From: Mytilus californianus | Taxonomy: Eukaryota | NCBI RefSeq assembly: GCF_021869535.1 | Contig: NW_026262668.1 | Location: forward strand, 108,438,001 to 108,502,000 | DNA: 64,000 bases | Direction of reading: 5' to 3' | Shown: piece after piece, positions 62,036-64,000 of the stretch | Layout: each line of letters begins with the position of its first letter | How positions within the stretch are numbered: the first letter of the stretch is position 1 | Program-made: the position numbers and the translations under genes | Notes under the pieces: generated by a model | Databases searched by the model: none | What the model was told of the DNA's origin: nothing | What the model saw: the letters and a program-made list of their open reading frames with translations, nothing else

Positions 62036-64000
62036 ACTGGAATTTTGAAAACGTAAATAAAAACAATCAAAATTAATTTTTTAACACATGTTGATCTTAA
62101 TCTCTAAAATAAATGTCCAAGTTTGAACCTAGCTTGGAATAACTCCGATAACTTCTGGAATTTAGACTTCCAATAAACTTTAGACTAAATGCATGCGTTC
62201 ACTATTGTTTCTCTGGCCAGCTGTTTTATGAACATTCCTTGCTTCAAATGTAAATATGATATATTGTGACAAGTGCATTGAGATCACAAAACGCCATTCA
62301 TCAAGCTCCAGGTATAAAAAAAAGTACAAACAATGCAACTAAACAAGAATTAACGTCAATTCAGGCCAAGGTATATTAAACTTGTTCGCAATTCCATCAG
62401 CAGAAAGCGAATTTCATAACGAACACTAAGGAAGAAACATCAATGAATAAAAATTATTATAATGATATTATGAAAAAAGCTATATACCAGTTTATTTGTC
62501 AAAAACTCAAATTATTGCCCAGTTATAATAAAAACGACTAAAAGCCTTACTTACCTATTTTCAGACTCAACGCAATCATCATCATACACTCTATTCATTT
62601 GCAATTGTCTTCCGAATTAAGTGTACTCATCTAGAAACTGGGGCATTAAGATATTTATGGTAGTGGGATTGCCTGATTGTTGTTTGCTTTACGCCCAGCT
62701 ACAAATATTGCATGCATGTTCAGAACGACAGCGACAATAATTACAAAAGGTAGATCCTGCATATAAGGAGTCGTTTAGGATGAAGGGATGACAATTTAGG
62801 TTCCACTGGAAAATAAGGCTATATCGGATACTAGTATTGTTACAAATTAATAACAAATGACTGAACATCAGGTAATTGGAAGATTTCTGTTTAAAAACTT
62901 CCGTGTATATTGTCATTTACGAACAAACGGACACATGACAAAAGGACAGAATGATTAATACAGTGCATACATGTACAAACATATTTACAAAGAGGAGCTA
63001 TTTTAGTATCCTGGGGCCTAGTATTTCTTACTATTACGGGTTTGTTCATTGATGAGAATCGTGCGATAACCTGTATTGTTTAGCTCTTGTTCCTTTTTGG
63101 TATTTGGTGGATAGTTGTCTCATTGCAATCATACAACATCTCCTTTTTTTATATGAAACAAGCAGTGAGCTTTAACAATATGTTCAATCTGGTAAACATC
63201 TTTGAAAAATAGTAACTACTAGAACACACCTGCGACATCGCGGGTAAGTGACTGAATTGTAGCCCCTTTTTAGCCTGATTTTTTAGTATTCGTATTTGCC
63301 ATCTGATAAAGTCATGTTGATTGTAAGGTGCACAGTTTTCTCTGTTTTCAAAATCTTTCTGTTTATACCCATCCTGGTTTTCTTACTACAACCGCGAATG
63401 CTTGGTTCATGCCATTGAGAGCGGACGTGGACATATTTGCAGAGAGAATTCTTCAACATCTTTGAAATAGCTTTGTCAGATTTGTTTCAGGAATCTAAGT
63501 ATGTCCTTACCGGTTTTCTGTTCGTTGCCATGGCATTTGTGCGGCACCCGGGGGACCTTGTCCCTCATTTTGTATATAATTGGTTTTATTGCATTGAACA
63601 TATTGTTTTGAGGAAGGTTAACATTCTGGTAGTAAGACCCGTCACATCAAGGCTGTGAAACTGGGTAGGCAAAAGCTCATACTAAATCTGAACCTATACA
63701 GTGTATTAAATGTCCTCCTTTACACCATGACCCATGGTAGTGCTCTTATTACAGGAGGAAGATACAGAACATACATACATGAGACATATACTATTGGTAT
63801 CGGTATCGGATTCGACCCGGAACTTGTTAATTATTGGCATTATTAATTATGTGGAAAACAAAAGGACCTGGAATCAACACCATTGTCCTATATTAGTTAT
63901 ATATAAAGTTGAATTCTTTGATTAGTCGTGTTTACGTCATGACGGCTAACAAATTGGACCTCGCTATTTTAGTATTATAGATGTATGTATGTTTGTATCC

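Noticed and set aside
62550-62916. Splice-like signals and ORF 62689-62916 after gene 4
   Set aside because: No recognisable domain and no phase-consistent partner exons in the window.

Overview
AT-rich, intron-containing animal genomic DNA. The repeat families look like those of a bivalve, probably Mytilus; this is an inference. By hand-assembling GT-AG exons with consistent phases, I find a cluster of caspase-fold genes: the last exon of an upstream paralog (719-881, +) and four essentially complete genes. Gene 1 (4322-13479, +) is coiled-coil - FN3 - p20 - FN3 - FN3 - p10 and has lost both catalytic residues. Gene 2 (about 30886-15040, -) is basic N-terminus - FN3 - p20 - FN3 x3 - p10 and has lost the catalytic His but kept the Cys. 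Genes 3 (34299-40339, +) and 4 (about 43897-62035, +) keep the His/Cys dyad, have no FN3, and share an unrecognised ~90-aa prodomain exon. The main observation is pseudo-caspases with fibronectin type III modules spliced into the p20-p10 intersubunit linker by phase 1-1 exon shuffling, clustered with catalytically intact paralogs, one pair head-to-head. Introns carry Penelope-like, CR1/L2, hAT and Harbinger remnants, HINE-type elements, tRNA-SINEs, minisatellites, and three repeat families bearing minimal type-I hammerhead ribozyme motifs, including a retrozyme-like tandem array. All gene models and domain calls were made by eye, without database searches.
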